Virus record (IMG/VR): IMGVR_UViG_3300046171_000138
Direction: 5' to 3' (one strand)
Length of the DNA: 64,000 nucleotides
Source: a virus
Shown: positions 44,776 through 55,359 of the stretch, one piece after another
Numbering within the stretch: the stretch's first letter is position 1
Layout of the letters: each line of letters opens with the position of its first letter
Translations under genes and position numbers: made by a program
Notes under the pieces: model-generated
Database searches by the model: none
Told to the model about the DNA's origin: nothing
The model's input: only the letters and a program-made list of their open reading frames with translations

Positions 44776-47264
44776 AGTTTTACACCAGTGTTGAGCAAAC
44801 AGGCAATACGATCCTAGTCCGTGGGTATGACCACGGTCTGCCTTTTGAGGATCGTGTCAAGTTTAATCCTACACTGTTTCTTCCTTCTAGAGTGAAGGAA
44901 GAATGGAAAACACTTGACGGTCGAAGTGTGCGCCCCGTAAAGCAGGGCAGCATTGTAGATGCAAAGTCCTTTATGGAAGCACACCGAGACCTGGAAGACT
45001 ATGAAATCTGTGGTCAGACTCGTTTCCTTAATCAGTACATCTTTGAGACGTACCCTGATGAGGACATGAAGTTTGATATGAATCAGATTCGTATCTTCAC
45101 TCTTGATATTGAGACGGGTGCCGAGAATGGTTTCCCTGACATCGAGTCTGCAGACCAGGAGATCCTTCTGATTAGCATTAAAGACTCTACAACGGGCAAG
45201 ATCACAGTGTATGGTTCACGTCCCTTCATGAACACAGAGAAGGACGTGCAATACCTACAGTTCCAGACCGAGGAAGGTCTGCTGAAAGCATTCATTCACG
45301 ACTGGCAGGCAAACTGCCCTGACGTGATCACTGGATGGAACGTACAACTGTTCGATATGCCGTATATTATTCGTCGCATAGAGCGTATCCTTGGTGAGAA
45401 AGAAGCAAAGCTTCTCTCGCCTTGGAAGAACATCTATCCACGTAGGATCTTTATCAAGGGTCGTGAGCAACTTGCTTATGATATCACTGGTGTGGCAACA
45501 CTAGACTATCTTGAGTTGTATCGTAAGTTCACTTACACCAACCAAGAGTCTTATCGTCTAGATCATATTGCATTCGTAGAACTAGGTCAGAAGAAACTAG
45601 ACCACAGTGAGTATGACACCTTCAAAGAGTTCTATACAAATGACTGGCAGAAGTTTGTAGAGTACAACATCATTGACGTTCGCCTGGTTGACAGGTTGGA
45701 TGACAAGATGAAACTACTAGAACTAGCTGTCACCATGGCATATGATGCCAAAGTAAACTTTGAGGATGTGTATTCACAGGTCCGTATGTGGGATAACATC
45801 ATCTATGTGTATCTTGCACGTCAGAAGATTGCTATTCCACCTAAACGTAAATCACAAAAGGATGCAAAGTATGCTGGAGCGTATGTTAAGGAACCTATTC
45901 CAGGGATCTATGACTGGGTGGTCAGTTTTGACCTCAACTCCCTATACCCTCACCTCATTATGCAGTACAACCTCTCGCCAGAGACGCTGCTACCGACTCG
46001 TCACCCCAGTGCAAACGTCGAGAAACTACTTGCCAAGGAAATAGACACAAGCTCCCTGGAGGGCGTCACAGTGTGCCCTAACGGCACCTATTACAACACC
46101 AATAAGCAGGGGTTCCTTCCCAAGTTGATGGAGAAGATCTATCAGGAACGAACTATCTACAAAAAGAAGATGCTCGCTGCCAAGCAGCAGTATGAGAAGA
46201 CACCTACCGTTGCATTACAGAAAGAAATTTCTCGCTGTAATAACATTCAGATGGCAAGGAAGATCCAACTCAACTCTGCTTATGGTGCTATTGGCAATGA
46301 ACACTTTCGATACTTTCGTTTGGAGATTGCTGAAGCAATCACACTATCAGGTCAGTTGTCTATCCGTTGGATTAGTGACAAGACCAATGCATACTTGAAC
46401 AATATTCTGAAGACAAATGACATTGATTACGTTATTGCTTGCGACACCGATTCTATGTATCTTAACCTCGGTCCTTTGGTGCAGAAGGTATTCGCGGGAC
46501 GAGAGGCAGATGATGAAGTCATTGTTGGGTTCCTTAACAAGGTGTGTGAGGTGGAATTTGAGAAGTTTATTGAAAGTTCTTACCAAGAACTCGCCACTTA
46601 TGTTCGGGCATACGCGCAGAAGATGAAGATGAAGCGGGAGAACATCGCTTCCAAGGGCATCTGGACCGCCAAGAAACGATATATCCTCAACGTCTGGGAC
46701 AGTGAGGGTGTTCGTTACTCTGAACCCAAGATGAAGATCTGTGGTATGGAGACGGCACGTTCATCTACTCCTGCGTTCTTCCGAGACAAGCTTCTGAAGG
46801 CATACACTATCATTATCAACGGTAGTAACGATGATGTTATTAAATTCATCGATGACGTGCGAGAAGAAACCAAGAAACAAGACTATCAGAACATTGCATT
46901 CCCTCGTGGTGTAAACAATCTGTCCAAGTACAAGTCAAGAACTGACATCTATTCCAAAGGTACACCTATTCACGTTAGGGGTGCTCTTTTGTACAATTTT
47001 TACGTGAGAAAACATAAGATCGAGAACAAACATGCGTTGATACAAGAGGGTGAGAAGATTAAGTTCTTATATTTGAGAACTCCTAATCCTATCATGGAGA
47101 ATACTATCTCCTTTATGGGTAGAATACCCACAGAGTTTAATATCGAGAAGTACATCGATCACAAGATGCAATTTGAGAAATCATTCTATGAACCTCTCAA
47201 AAATGTGCTAAACTGTATCGGTTGGGACTCGGAAAAAACTATTTCACTACTATCATTTCTTTAA
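44772..47264 (+). CDS. gp43: Family B DNA polymerase gp43
   Basis: LDIET (ExoI), [30 protein letters not shown] and KKRY. No intein seen. Confidence 0.98.
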   Translation: MKFYTSVEQTGNTILVRGYDHGLPFEDRVKFNPTLFLPSRVKEEWKTLDGRSVRPVKQGSIVDAKSFMEAHRDLEDYEICGQTRFLNQYIFETYPDEDMKFDMNQIRIFTLDIETGAENGFPDIESADQEILLISIKDSTTGKITVYGSRPFMNTEKDVQYLQFQTEEGLLKAFIHDWQANCPDVITGWNVQLFDMPYIIRRIERILGEKEAKLLSPWKNIYPRRIFIKGREQLAYDITGVATLDYLELYRKFTYTNQESYRLDHIAFVELGQKKLDHSEYDTFKEFYTNDWQKFVEYNIIDVRLVDRLDDKMKLLELAVTMAYDAKVNFEDVYSQVRMWDNIIYVYLARQKIAIPPKRKSQKDAKYAGAYVKEPIPGIYDWVVSFDLNSLYPHLIMQYNLSPETLLPTRHPSANVEKLLAKEIDTSSLEGVTVCPNGTYYNTNKQGFLPKLMEKIYQERTIYKKKMLAAKQQYEKTPTVALQKEISRCNNIQMARKIQLNSAYGAIGNEHFRYFRLEIAEAITLSGQLSIRWISDKTNAYLNNILKTNDIDYVIACDTDSMYLNLGPLVQKVFAGREADDEVIVGFLNKVCEVEFEKFIESSYQELATYVRAYAQKMKMKRENIASKGIWTAKKRYILNVWDSEGVRYSEPKMKICGMETARSSTPAFFRDKLLKAYTIIINGSNDDVIKFIDDVREETKKQDYQNIAFPRGVNNLSKYKSRTDIYSKGTPIHVRGALLYNFYVRKHKIENKHALIQEGEKIKFLYLRTPNPIMENTISFMGRIPTEFNIEKYIDHKMQFEKSFYEPLKNVLNCIGWDSEKTISLLSFL

Positions 47265-47266
47265 TT

Positions 47267-48298
47267 ATGGACTTCTTATCCTCTATTCTCAAGGACACCA
47301 AGAATGAGTTTGCTTCTCGTGCATCTGACGGCATTGCTGCTGGTGACGTTGAAGATTTTGTTGATACTGGCAGTTATATCTTTAATGCCCTGGTTAGTGG
47401 CAGCATTTTTGGAGGTATTCCTTCCAATAAAATTACAGCCCTGGCAGGAGAATCGGGGACTGGAAAGACTTTCTTTTGCCTTTCTGTCGTTCGTAATTTC
47501 CTTGATATTGATCCTGATGCTGGCGTCCTTTATTTTGAAACCGAGTCTGCCATTAGTAAGCAGATGATTGAGAGTCGTGGCATCGACTCTAAACGTATGA
47601 TCATCTTCCCTGTCAATACAGTGGAGGAGTTCAGGACACAGGCAGTCAGGATCATCGACAAATATATGGAAACGCCTAAACAGGATCGCAAACCCCTGAT
47701 GTTTGTGCTAGACTCTCTTGGTATGCTAGCCACCAACAAAGAAGTGCAGGACGCTACGGACGATAAACAAGTTCGTGACATGACAAAATCTCAATTGATT
47801 AAGTCTTGTTTCAGAGTGCTCACCCTGAAGTTGGGAATGGCTAACATACCTATGTTAGTTACTAATCATACCTATGATGTCATCGGTTCTTACGTTCCTG
47901 CAAAAGAAATGGGAGGAGGAAGTGGTCTCAAATATTCCGCCTCTACAATCGTTTATCTCGGAAAGAAAAAGGAGAAAGATGGAACGGTACTCGTCGGAAA
48001 CATTATCAAATGCGAGGCTAAAAAGTCTCGTTTGACACGAGAAGGTTCCAAGATTGAAACAAGACTCTTCTTTGATGAACGTGGTCTAGAAAAATACTAT
48101 GGATTGCTTGAGCTCGGTGAGACAGCAGGTCTGTGGAAGAATGTTGCTGGTCGATATGAAATTGACGGCAAGAAAGTCTATGCCAAACAGATCTTGAAAG
48201 ACCCCGAGCACTATTTTACACCCGAAGTTCTTGCCCAACTAGATAAACAGGCACAGAAGACATTCTTGTACGGAGCAGATAATGACGGAGAAGCTTGA
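47267..48298 (+). CDS. uvsX: RecA-like recombinase UvsX
   Basis: [17 protein letters not shown] and MGGGSG. Confidence 0.95.
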   Translation: MDFLSSILKDTKNEFASRASDGIAAGDVEDFVDTGSYIFNALVSGSIFGGIPSNKITALAGESGTGKTFFCLSVVRNFLDIDPDAGVLYFETESAISKQMIESRGIDSKRMIIFPVNTVEEFRTQAVRIIDKYMETPKQDRKPLMFVLDSLGMLATNKEVQDATDDKQVRDMTKSQLIKSCFRVLTLKLGMANIPMLVTNHTYDVIGSYVPAKEMGGGSGLKYSASTIVYLGKKKEKDGTVLVGNIIKCEAKKSRLTREGSKIETRLFFDERGLEKYYGLLELGETAGLWKNVAGRYEIDGKKVYAKQILKDPEHYFTPEVLAQLDKQAQKTFLYGADNDGEA

Positions 48299-49679
48299 AC
48301 ACTCTGTATTGAGAAATCTGCTTTGCAATGAGGAGTATTTTCGTAAGGTAGTTCCCTTTATTAAAGGTGAATACTTTCAGGAACCATCGGAGCGAGTTCT
48401 CTTTGAAGAGATTCAAGAATTCTCTAACAAGTATGATAAGTATCCGACTAAAGAAGTCCTAATCATTAATTTAACTCAACGTAATGATCTTACTGAAGAA
48501 ACTTATACGCAAACTGTATCGTATGTTAACTCGCTTGGTACAGAGTTTATTGAGACGAAGTGGCTTGTCGATGCGACGGAGAAATGGTGCCAGGAGAGGG
48601 CAGTCTACAACGCCCTCCTTGAATCTATCAAAATCGCAGAGGGATCAGGTGAACAGGAAGTATCAAAGGGGGCGATCCCAGGTATCCTACAAGAGGCTCT
48701 CGCAGTATCGTTTGATGAACACATCGGACACGACTACATACAGAATGTAGACGAAAGATACGACTATTATCACCTTGAAGAGCACAAGATTCCCTTTGAT
48801 ATTGATAAGTTGAATCTGGTAACCAAGGGTGGTATTCCTAACAAGACACTCAACGTTGCTCTTGCTGGTACAGGTGTTGGTAAGTCACTATTCATGTGTC
48901 ATATGGCAGCAGCATGTCTTTCTATTGGATATAATGTCCTCTACATCACACTAGAGATGGCAGAAGAAAAGATTGCTGAACGTATTGATGCTAATCTTTT
49001 GAATGTCAACATCCAAGAGATTGGTGAGATGCCCGAAGCAATCTTTAAAAGCAGAGTCAATGAGATTGGTAGGAAGTCTCAAGGTAAATTGATTATCAAA
49101 GAGTATCCTACTGCTGCTGCACACTCTGGACATTTCAAGTCATTGTTGAGTGATCTCTCACTTAAGAAAGACTTCAGACCTAATATAATCTTCGTTGATT
49201 ATCTGAACATCTGTGCTTCATCGCGATACAAAGGACATATTGTTAACTCTTACACCTATGTTAAAGCGATTGCAGAAGAGTTACGTGGTCTTGCAGTCGA
49301 GCATGATCTCCCTGTTGTCACTGCTACTCAAACTACTAGGAGTGGTTTTGGCAATAGTGATGTTGACCTCACAGATACTAGTGAATCTTTTGGTCTTCCC
49401 GCTACTGCCGATCTTATGCTTGCTCTTATATCTACTGAAGAACTAGAGCAGTCAGGTCGTATCATGATCAAGCAGCTCAAGAACAGATACAACGATGCTG
49501 CCTATTACAGACGCTTCACTGTAGGCATTGACAGATCAAAAATGAAGCTGTATAATGTCGATGACTCCGAAGGTGATATCTTATCTTCTGACTCTCCTGA
49601 AGAGGAGACCATGGACCGCCTAGATGATATCTCTGACAGGCAATCTAGACTAGACAAATTTTCCCAATTCGTAATTTAA
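48282..49679 (+). CDS. gp41: Replicative helicase gp41
   Basis: [27 protein letters not shown] and LKNRY. Confidence 0.96.
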   Translation: MTEKLEHSVLRNLLCNEEYFRKVVPFIKGEYFQEPSERVLFEEIQEFSNKYDKYPTKEVLIINLTQRNDLTEETYTQTVSYVNSLGTEFIETKWLVDATEKWCQERAVYNALLESIKIAEGSGEQEVSKGAIPGILQEALAVSFDEHIGHDYIQNVDERYDYYHLEEHKIPFDIDKLNLVTKGGIPNKTLNVALAGTGVGKSLFMCHMAAACLSIGYNVLYITLEMAEEKIAERIDANLLNVNIQEIGEMPEAIFKSRVNEIGRKSQGKLIIKEYPTAAAHSGHFKSLLSDLSLKKDFRPNIIFVDYLNICASSRYKGHIVNSYTYVKAIAEELRGLAVEHDLPVVTATQTTRSGFGNSDVDLTDTSESFGLPATADLMLALISTEELEQSGRIMIKQLKNRYNDAAYYRRFTVGIDRSKMKLYNVDDSEGDILSSDSPEEETMDRLDDISDRQSRLDKFSQFVI

Positions 49680-49681
49680 AC

Positions 49682-50086
49682 ATGACCGTTCAATTTGACC
49701 GCTATGAAGAATTTGTGGCAGCAGTTACTTCAGAGTGCTCTACAAACTTTGTTGACTTTGCTGATCGTATTGGTGCTCTTGATAGACAAGGTGCCAATAT
49801 TGAGAGACTTCTTACTGCTGGTGTTGGAATTAATGCTGAAGGGGGTGAGTTCCTTGAGATCATTAAGAAGATGGTCTTCCAAGGAAAACCGTGGAACGAA
49901 GATAATCGTGAGCATCTCATTATTGAGTTGGGTGACGTTATGTGGTATGTTGCTCAAGCTACAATGGCACTTGATATTTCCTTCGATGAGGTAATCGAAA
50001 CCAATGTCAACAAACTGAAGAAGCGTTACCCTGGTGGTGAGTTTAACGTTCATAATTCAGAAGTTCGTGCAGCAGGTGATCGTTAA
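49682..50086 (+). CDS. mazG: MazG-type NTP pyrophosphohydrolase
   Basis: EGGEFLEIIKK, ELGDVMWY and NVNKLKKRYP. Confidence 0.92.
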   Translation: MTVQFDRYEEFVAAVTSECSTNFVDFADRIGALDRQGANIERLLTAGVGINAEGGEFLEIIKKMVFQGKPWNEDNREHLIIELGDVMWYVAQATMALDISFDEVIETNVNKLKKRYPGGEFNVHNSEVRAAGDR

Positions 50087-50155
50087 AATATTATGAAGAA
50101 CCCTCCATTTGTGAGGGTTTCATGATAATATAGATATGTCAGCAACAAACTGCTC

Positions 50156-50353
50156 ATGATCAATCTACATGAAAAATTTAATCATTACCTCCACACTGAT
50201 AAGACACCCGATTGTGGAAATATTGATGATGGTTTGATCGGGTATGGGTGGCGTGACGATGGTAAACAAATCGTAGGATACTATCTCTTGACCAAACGAC
50301 ATAGGCATCATTACACCTTGACTCACGAGTATGTTGGTAAAGAATCTAACTAA
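50156..50353 (+). CDS. Small hypothetical protein
   Basis: ORF preceded by an inverted repeat and TGATAAT. Confidence 0.55.
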   Translation: MINLHEKFNHYLHTDKTPDCGNIDDGLIGYGWRDDGKQIVGYYLLTKRHRHHYTLTHEYVGKESN

Positions 50354-50360
50354 CTTTTAT

Positions 50361-50390
50361 ACCTCCTCTAAATACTAGGGGAGGTTTTTT
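50361..50390 (+). promoter_or_regulatory. Hairpin containing late promoter CTAAATA and sequestering the SD of 50394; also terminator-like
   Basis: ACCTCCTCTA-AATAC-TAGGGGAGGT followed by a T-run. GGAGG lies 9 nt before the ATG. Confidence 0.75.
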
Positions 50391-50393
50391 CGT

Positions 50394-51617
50394 ATGAAGT
50401 TAGCAGATCTCTGCCGCAATGGCAAAGAGTATGACATGCGTATCACCAAGATGATCAGGAAGATCGCTTCGGGTGGTAGATTTTTGCTTGCCGATAGCAT
50501 GGGTGACATTAACATCTATGAAATTACAGTCACTTTCAAGGACGGCACCCAGTCTGGATACGACGTTGACCACCTACAAGATGCTGCAATACAGAGGTAT
50601 CTGCGCCAGGACATTTTGTCGCTAGCAAACAATGGTGGTTTTCGTGGCAAGGGAAACATTGAGGTGTTTGGTGGCATCAGCGACACACATCTCACCGCTA
50701 CCTTTGACTTCCAAGATCTAGTAAAGACAGCAGAATTTGGTGGTCAAGGTAAGAAGGGTGGTAAAACAAATAAAGGTAATGACTACGAGAAAGATCTCTT
50801 CGAGAGTTGCGAGCACTATTTTGAGGGGGGTGGTCCTTACCCAGAGCATGCGAAACAGATCATTGACAAGATAAGTAAGGCAACGAAGCTCACATTTAAG
50901 GGTGCTAAACATGCTGGTGGTGACAACAGTTCTAGACCATTGAGGATGAGAGGTGCTAACGACATCTACATCTCTGCTGGTGGTTCTACTACCCTAGATA
51001 TGGGTAAAACACTGACAGATATTACACTTCTTTTTGGACCAGCGGGAGGTAAACCAACAAAGGAAATCTACCTGTCAGTTAAGATGGGAGACACACTGTC
51101 TTTCTTTAACTGTGGTGTCCGAGGTGGTGGTAAAGATAACCTATCACTGTTCCCCACTACTTCTTTCAAGACAGGAGATATTCCACCTGCTGGTCTAGTA
51201 TACCTGAACATGTTTGGTATTGATTCTGAAGATTTTCAGACAGTATTCAAAGAATATGTTGGTAAGGATGCTGGTAAAACGACAGTAAATAACCACCGAA
51301 GGAAAGTAACTTTAAAACCTTCTGGTGTCAGAGGATTGAAGAGACTCATTGCATCTGGTGTAGGTTATGGATATTGGATGGTCCATTACACGGGCACCGA
51401 TGTACATTGCTATGAAGTTGACAGAAGATACATGGCAAATTCTTCTGCTCTGATTGGTAATGAGATTGAGATTCACTATGGTGGTGTCAACGGCAAAGGA
51501 AAGCGAGTTGACATCCTATTTGAAACAAAGAACTATGAGTTCAAATTTAATATCAGATCAAAGAGTGGAGGAGAGACATTCCCAACACACACCAACGGGG
51601 ATTACTATAAGAAGTAA
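50394..51617 (+). CDS. Putative PD-(D/E)XK restriction-endonuclease-like protein
   Basis: NKGNDYE helix, TDITL...IYLSVK (D...SxK) arrangement. Inference from motif spacing only. Confidence 0.5.
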   Translation: MKLADLCRNGKEYDMRITKMIRKIASGGRFLLADSMGDINIYEITVTFKDGTQSGYDVDHLQDAAIQRYLRQDILSLANNGGFRGKGNIEVFGGISDTHLTATFDFQDLVKTAEFGGQGKKGGKTNKGNDYEKDLFESCEHYFEGGGPYPEHAKQIIDKISKATKLTFKGAKHAGGDNSSRPLRMRGANDIYISAGGSTTLDMGKTLTDITLLFGPAGGKPTKEIYLSVKMGDTLSFFNCGVRGGGKDNLSLFPTTSFKTGDIPPAGLVYLNMFGIDSEDFQTVFKEYVGKDAGKTTVNNHRRKVTLKPSGVRGLKRLIASGVGYGYWMVHYTGTDVHCYEVDRRYMANSSALIGNEIEIHYGGVNGKGKRVDILFETKNYEFKFNIRSKSGGETFPTHTNGDYYKK

Positions 51618-52813
51618 TGGCAAACATTAAGCAATTAAAACATCTAGAACACATAGAAGATGAAATGCTAAACTATGGTACAGAAGGATGTACTGCAGCA
51701 GTTGCTTTCCTGAAGGAACTTCGTAAGATGCTGGGTCACCAGGAGTCTCAAGGTTTCATGCAAACCAAGTGGGATGGTGCTCCATCAGTCATCTGTGGTG
51801 TGCATCCATACACGAAAAGATTCTTTGTTGGCACTAAATCTGTGTTCAACAAAACAGAACCAAAACTATGCTTCTTACCTGGTGATGTAGACGCATACTA
51901 TTCAGGTGATTTGGCAGAGAAACTTAAGTTCTCTCTAGAATATTTTAGTAAACTAGGTATCGATGGAGTCGTGCAAGGCGACCTCATGTTTACTAACAGC
52001 ACATTGAAAACAGAGACGGTTAATGGTGAGAGACTGTACACATTCAGACCTAACACTATTACCTATGGCATTCCAGTAGATCATCCTATCGGCAAATCAG
52101 CAGGTAGAGCAAAGATTGGTGTAGTATTCCACACTCATTACACTGGTGATGACCTTGCAGACATGCAAGCTCGTGCAGGTGCTGATGTTACTGGTTCACA
52201 AGATGCATTGGTGATCAAAAATGACACACCAATGGATCAAGTTGGTTTTAGTAAGCAAGAATTACAACGCTTTGACAACCATGTACAAAAGATCGAACGT
52301 ATGTGTGCCATTACTGGTCCTTTTCTTGACGATCTGGTTTCCAATATGGGCAGCACTGGTGATAAGAAATTTCATATCTCAACCTTCGTCAAACAGTTCT
52401 TCAACAGCGAGGTTAAAGCTGGAGTACAGATTACAAACGTGGACGAAACGATCCATGCCCTGGTAAATTTCTACGATGCCAAGATGCAGAAGGAGTTAGC
52501 AAAGATCAAGACAGTTGCTAACAGAACAAAGAAGTGTGCGCTGGTATATGAGAGTGAGAACTATCTCCTAGATAATGTCTACAAGTTTAAGATGATGATT
52601 GCTCTGTACAAAGAGTTGCAAAATCTTAAGCAAATGGTTATAGATAAACTGGACCACCTTGAGGAGTTCAGAACCTATGTCCAGACAGAGAATGGATATA
52701 AGGTGACGACACCTGAAGGATATGTTATGCACAAAGATGGCAGCATGATTAAGTTTGTCAATCGCTTTGAGTTTGCGTTCAACAACTTTACTCTACAAAA
52801 GCAATGGCGTTAA
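51617..52813 (+). CDS. ATP-dependent ligase-like nucleotidyltransferase (KxDG family), conserved in marine T4-like phages
   Basis: TKWDG (motif I), VVQGDLMF (III), PEGYV (IV) and IKFV (V). Confidence 0.65.
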   Translation: MANIKQLKHLEHIEDEMLNYGTEGCTAAVAFLKELRKMLGHQESQGFMQTKWDGAPSVICGVHPYTKRFFVGTKSVFNKTEPKLCFLPGDVDAYYSGDLAEKLKFSLEYFSKLGIDGVVQGDLMFTNSTLKTETVNGERLYTFRPNTITYGIPVDHPIGKSAGRAKIGVVFHTHYTGDDLADMQARAGADVTGSQDALVIKNDTPMDQVGFSKQELQRFDNHVQKIERMCAITGPFLDDLVSNMGSTGDKKFHISTFVKQFFNSEVKAGVQITNVDETIHALVNFYDAKMQKELAKIKTVANRTKKCALVYESENYLLDNVYKFKMMIALYKELQNLKQMVIDKLDHLEEFRTYVQTENGYKVTTPEGYVMHKDGSMIKFVNRFEFAFNNFTLQKQWR

Positions 52814-53367
52814 ATTGTAAGACCTGCTACTTTACGTTTGGCAGATTCCAACCACCTACTACTGGTCACAAAGAAAACTTTGACGGAGTGAAACGTGCAT
52901 CAGGACGACACGATTATCGCATTTATATTTCTCAATCCCACGACACTAAAGGAAAGAATCCCCTCGCACCTCATCGTAAACTATTCTACATGGAGAAGAT
53001 GTTCCCAGAGCATAAGGGTAAAATCTTTTCGGGTCCTAAACAACCCGTGGAGATCTTACAGGAGCTTATGATGGATGGGTATAATGAAGCAGTGTTTCTT
53101 GTAGGATCTGATAGGGTATCAGCCATGTCATTCCTCCATAAATATAACGGCACGGAGTTTTCTTTTAGAAAACTAGAAATTCAATCTTCAGGCAGCAGAG
53201 ATGCTGATGGAGATACCTTTGCTATTTCTGGAACAAAGATGAGACGTGCTGCTTTTGCTGCCGACTTCAAAACATTTAGGTCTGGTATACCCAGAGCACT
53301 GAATGATAAAGATTGTATGGCAATGATGATGGAAATTAAAGGAGCACTCCCCGCTAATTTTAAATGA
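52804..53367 (+). CDS. HIGH-superfamily nucleotidyltransferase (NMNAT/PPAT/cytidylyltransferase-like)
   Basis: FGRFQPPTTGH, VGSDR and ISGTKMR. Confidence 0.85.
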   Translation: MALNCKTCYFTFGRFQPPTTGHKENFDGVKRASGRHDYRIYISQSHDTKGKNPLAPHRKLFYMEKMFPEHKGKIFSGPKQPVEILQELMMDGYNEAVFLVGSDRVSAMSFLHKYNGTEFSFRKLEIQSSGSRDADGDTFAISGTKMRRAAFAADFKTFRSGIPRALNDKDCMAMMMEIKGALPANFK

Positions 53368-53639
53368 AAGACTTCAAAAAATTGAGAGAGCAAGCAGTTC
53401 GTCAGCAGCATAGACAAACTGATACATTTGCTGAAGGTGATATTATTATGAATGCATTGACTGGACAGAAAGGTAGTATACATAGGTCTGGAGTCAACTA
53501 TGTTATTGCAATTACCGAGTCTGGTGAGATGTTTAGAGCGTGGGTAAAAGACATCCGCGCCGTACAAGTAATTGATACCATAAATAAAGACAGGAAAAGT
53601 AGTATTTTCAATAATGGAAAGACAGAAACCAGTCAATAG
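53364..53639 (+). CDS. Conserved hypothetical protein (SH3/KOW-like possible)
   Basis: MKDFKKLRE, GVNYVI and FRAWVKDI, with ATGA coupling. Confidence 0.65.
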   Translation: MKDFKKLREQAVRQQHRQTDTFAEGDIIMNALTGQKGSIHRSGVNYVIAITESGEMFRAWVKDIRAVQVIDTINKDRKSSIFNNGKTETSQ

Positions 53640-54342
53640 TGTGCAGCATAATGATGCCTATTCCCAGGCACTTATTAATTCGTATTCAAAGTGGATGGGT
53701 GGAGATGGATTCCAACAGTCTACTATCAGTGAAGAGTCTGCTACCATCCCAGCACCAGAGAAGAAAGAACTAGGAGCTCCTGGTCCTGCTGGTGGTACTG
53801 ATGCATCCACTTCTATCCCTGACCTTTCTGGTAAGGAAAAGAAAGAGGATGACTTCTCGACTAAAGATCCTAAAACAAACGCTGCTCCCCCTGATCCTGC
53901 TGCTAACCTGCGTACAGGTCAAGGTATGAAGTATTCTGTTGGAGCACAGATCAAAGATACTACTAAAGTTGCTACAGAGACACTTTCTTTTGAACTTGAT
54001 GGTGCAACATACATCTTTGAAGTCAAGATGGATGGCAAAGATGACAATGGTAACACCTCTTGCTGGAAAGGATATAAGAAGCAAGGCACCAAGAAGAAAG
54101 GTGGTAAGGAAGTCAACAACTGTGTCAAGGCAGGATTTGAGCCTACTGGCGAAGAGATCAAAGAGAAGAAACTTGATCCCGTAGGCAAGGAAGATAAGGA
54201 CATCGACAACGATGGTGACCACGATAAGTCTGATAAGTATCTGCTTGCTCGCCGCAAGAAGGTCTCCAAGATTGTCAACACCAGCAAGAAGATGAAAGAG
54301 CAGGCAGAACTTCGCAAGGAGATCGAAGAAGAAAAAAAGTGA
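53614..54342 (+). CDS. Charged low-complexity protein, likely head-internal
   Basis: CWKGYKKQG..NCVK and LDPVGKEDKDIDNDGD modules. ATAAATA at 53580. Confidence 0.6.
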   Translation: MERQKPVNSVQHNDAYSQALINSYSKWMGGDGFQQSTISEESATIPAPEKKELGAPGPAGGTDASTSIPDLSGKEKKEDDFSTKDPKTNAAPPDPAANLRTGQGMKYSVGAQIKDTTKVATETLSFELDGATYIFEVKMDGKDDNGNTSCWKGYKKQGTKKKGGKEVNNCVKAGFEPTGEEIKEKKLDPVGKEDKDIDNDGDHDKSDKYLLARRKKVSKIVNTSKKMKEQAELRKEIEEEKK

Positions 54343-54464
54343 AAGCGGCACACGTCGAAGTGATGCCTGACATCAAAGACGGTGCTGCCGAGGATAAAGA
54401 GAATAATAAAAAGAATAAAAAGTATATTCTCAAGGCAATGAAGAGTCAGAAAAAGGCAGACTAA
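54339..54464 (+). CDS. Hypothetical microprotein (41 aa)
   Basis: GTGA overlap, VEVMPDIKDG. Confidence 0.45.
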   Translation: MKAAHVEVMPDIKDGAAEDKENNKKNKKYILKAMKSQKKAD

Positions 54465-54493
54465 ATAAGGGCGTATACTATGCCCCTAAAATC

Positions 54494-54694
54494 ATGCTAG
54501 CATTTCTACTTCCCCTGGCGTCAAAAATTATTACCGATGCCATTAACAAAATCCCAGAGAATGAAGAACTCGGTGAGAAGATGGTTGAGATCTGTCTTGT
54601 TATTCTTGCTAAAGCGGTTAAGCTGACCAAGACTGACATGGATGATCAACTACTTGAAGTTGTCACCAAAGCGATTAAGAATAGAGAAGAGTGA
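54494..54694 (+). CDS. Small hypothetical protein
   Basis: CTAAATA at 54461, TKTDMDDQLLE. Confidence 0.65.
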   Translation: MLAFLLPLASKIITDAINKIPENEELGEKMVEICLVILAKAVKLTKTDMDDQLLEVVTKAIKNREE

Positions 54695-54700
54695 TAATAT

Positions 54701-54730
54701 AGGGAGGGGATAGTGCCTCTCCCTTTTTTT
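54701..54730 (+). terminator. Intrinsic terminator followed directly by TATAAATA (54731-54738)
   Basis: AGGGAGGGG-atagtg-CCTCTCCCT followed by a T-run. Confidence 0.8.
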
Positions 54731-54771
54731 TATAAATACATATTAGGTAAATATAAACGCGCTGAAAACTC

Positions 54772-55356
54772 ATGTCCCTATACGGAAAGGATGACAGCAA
54801 TGCTAACAAAGCCAAAGCAGGCATTGGCATTGCTGCATCATCGCAAGCAAAACAAACAATTTTTATTGACGACACCGAAGCAGCACTTGCCGAGAATAAG
54901 GCTCGTGGTCTGAATGCTCCTGGTTGGTGGTCTTACTACACCTTCACTGATTGTGATGGTCACACTCGCCATAAGGCAGAGATGCTAGTAACAATCGCTG
55001 GTCCTGAAGCTAACTCTAACGAGACACAATCGGATGATGCACAGGCAGCAGACGTAAGCGTAGCAATCACCATCAGCACACAACCTGCAAATACTGCAGT
55101 TGCTGTTGATGCTGCTCTGACACTTACTCTTGCCTCTATTGCAACTCCTCCTGGAGATGCTTCCGTCCTCACGTATCAGTGGCAGAAATTGTCTGATGCA
55201 AATCGTTGGGCAAACATTTCTGGAGCGACTGCAACAACCTTTGAGGTTGCAGAATATGCAACAACTGACGCTGGTTCCTACCGTGTCAAGATTAACTCCA
55301 CTAATGGTGCTACTGAAGTTATCTCCGCTACCGCAGTAGTTACTACCGCCGAATAA
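54772..55356 (+). CDS. Virion protein with C-terminal Ig-like domain
   Basis: ITISTQP, LTYQWQK, GATATT and DAGSYRVKI form an I-set-like pattern. Late promoter upstream. Confidence 0.75.
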   Translation: MSLYGKDDSNANKAKAGIGIAASSQAKQTIFIDDTEAALAENKARGLNAPGWWSYYTFTDCDGHTRHKAEMLVTIAGPEANSNETQSDDAQAADVSVAITISTQPANTAVAVDAALTLTLASIATPPGDASVLTYQWQKLSDANRWANISGATATTFEVAEYATTDAGSYRVKINSTNGATEVISATAVVTTAE

Positions 55357-55359
55357 TAA

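Noticed and set aside
53770-54353. 193-aa and 144-aa hydrophobic minus-strand ORFs
   Set aside because: They mirror the Lys/Glu-rich plus-strand gene, since AAG/GAA codons read as Leu/Phe/Ser on the reverse strand.
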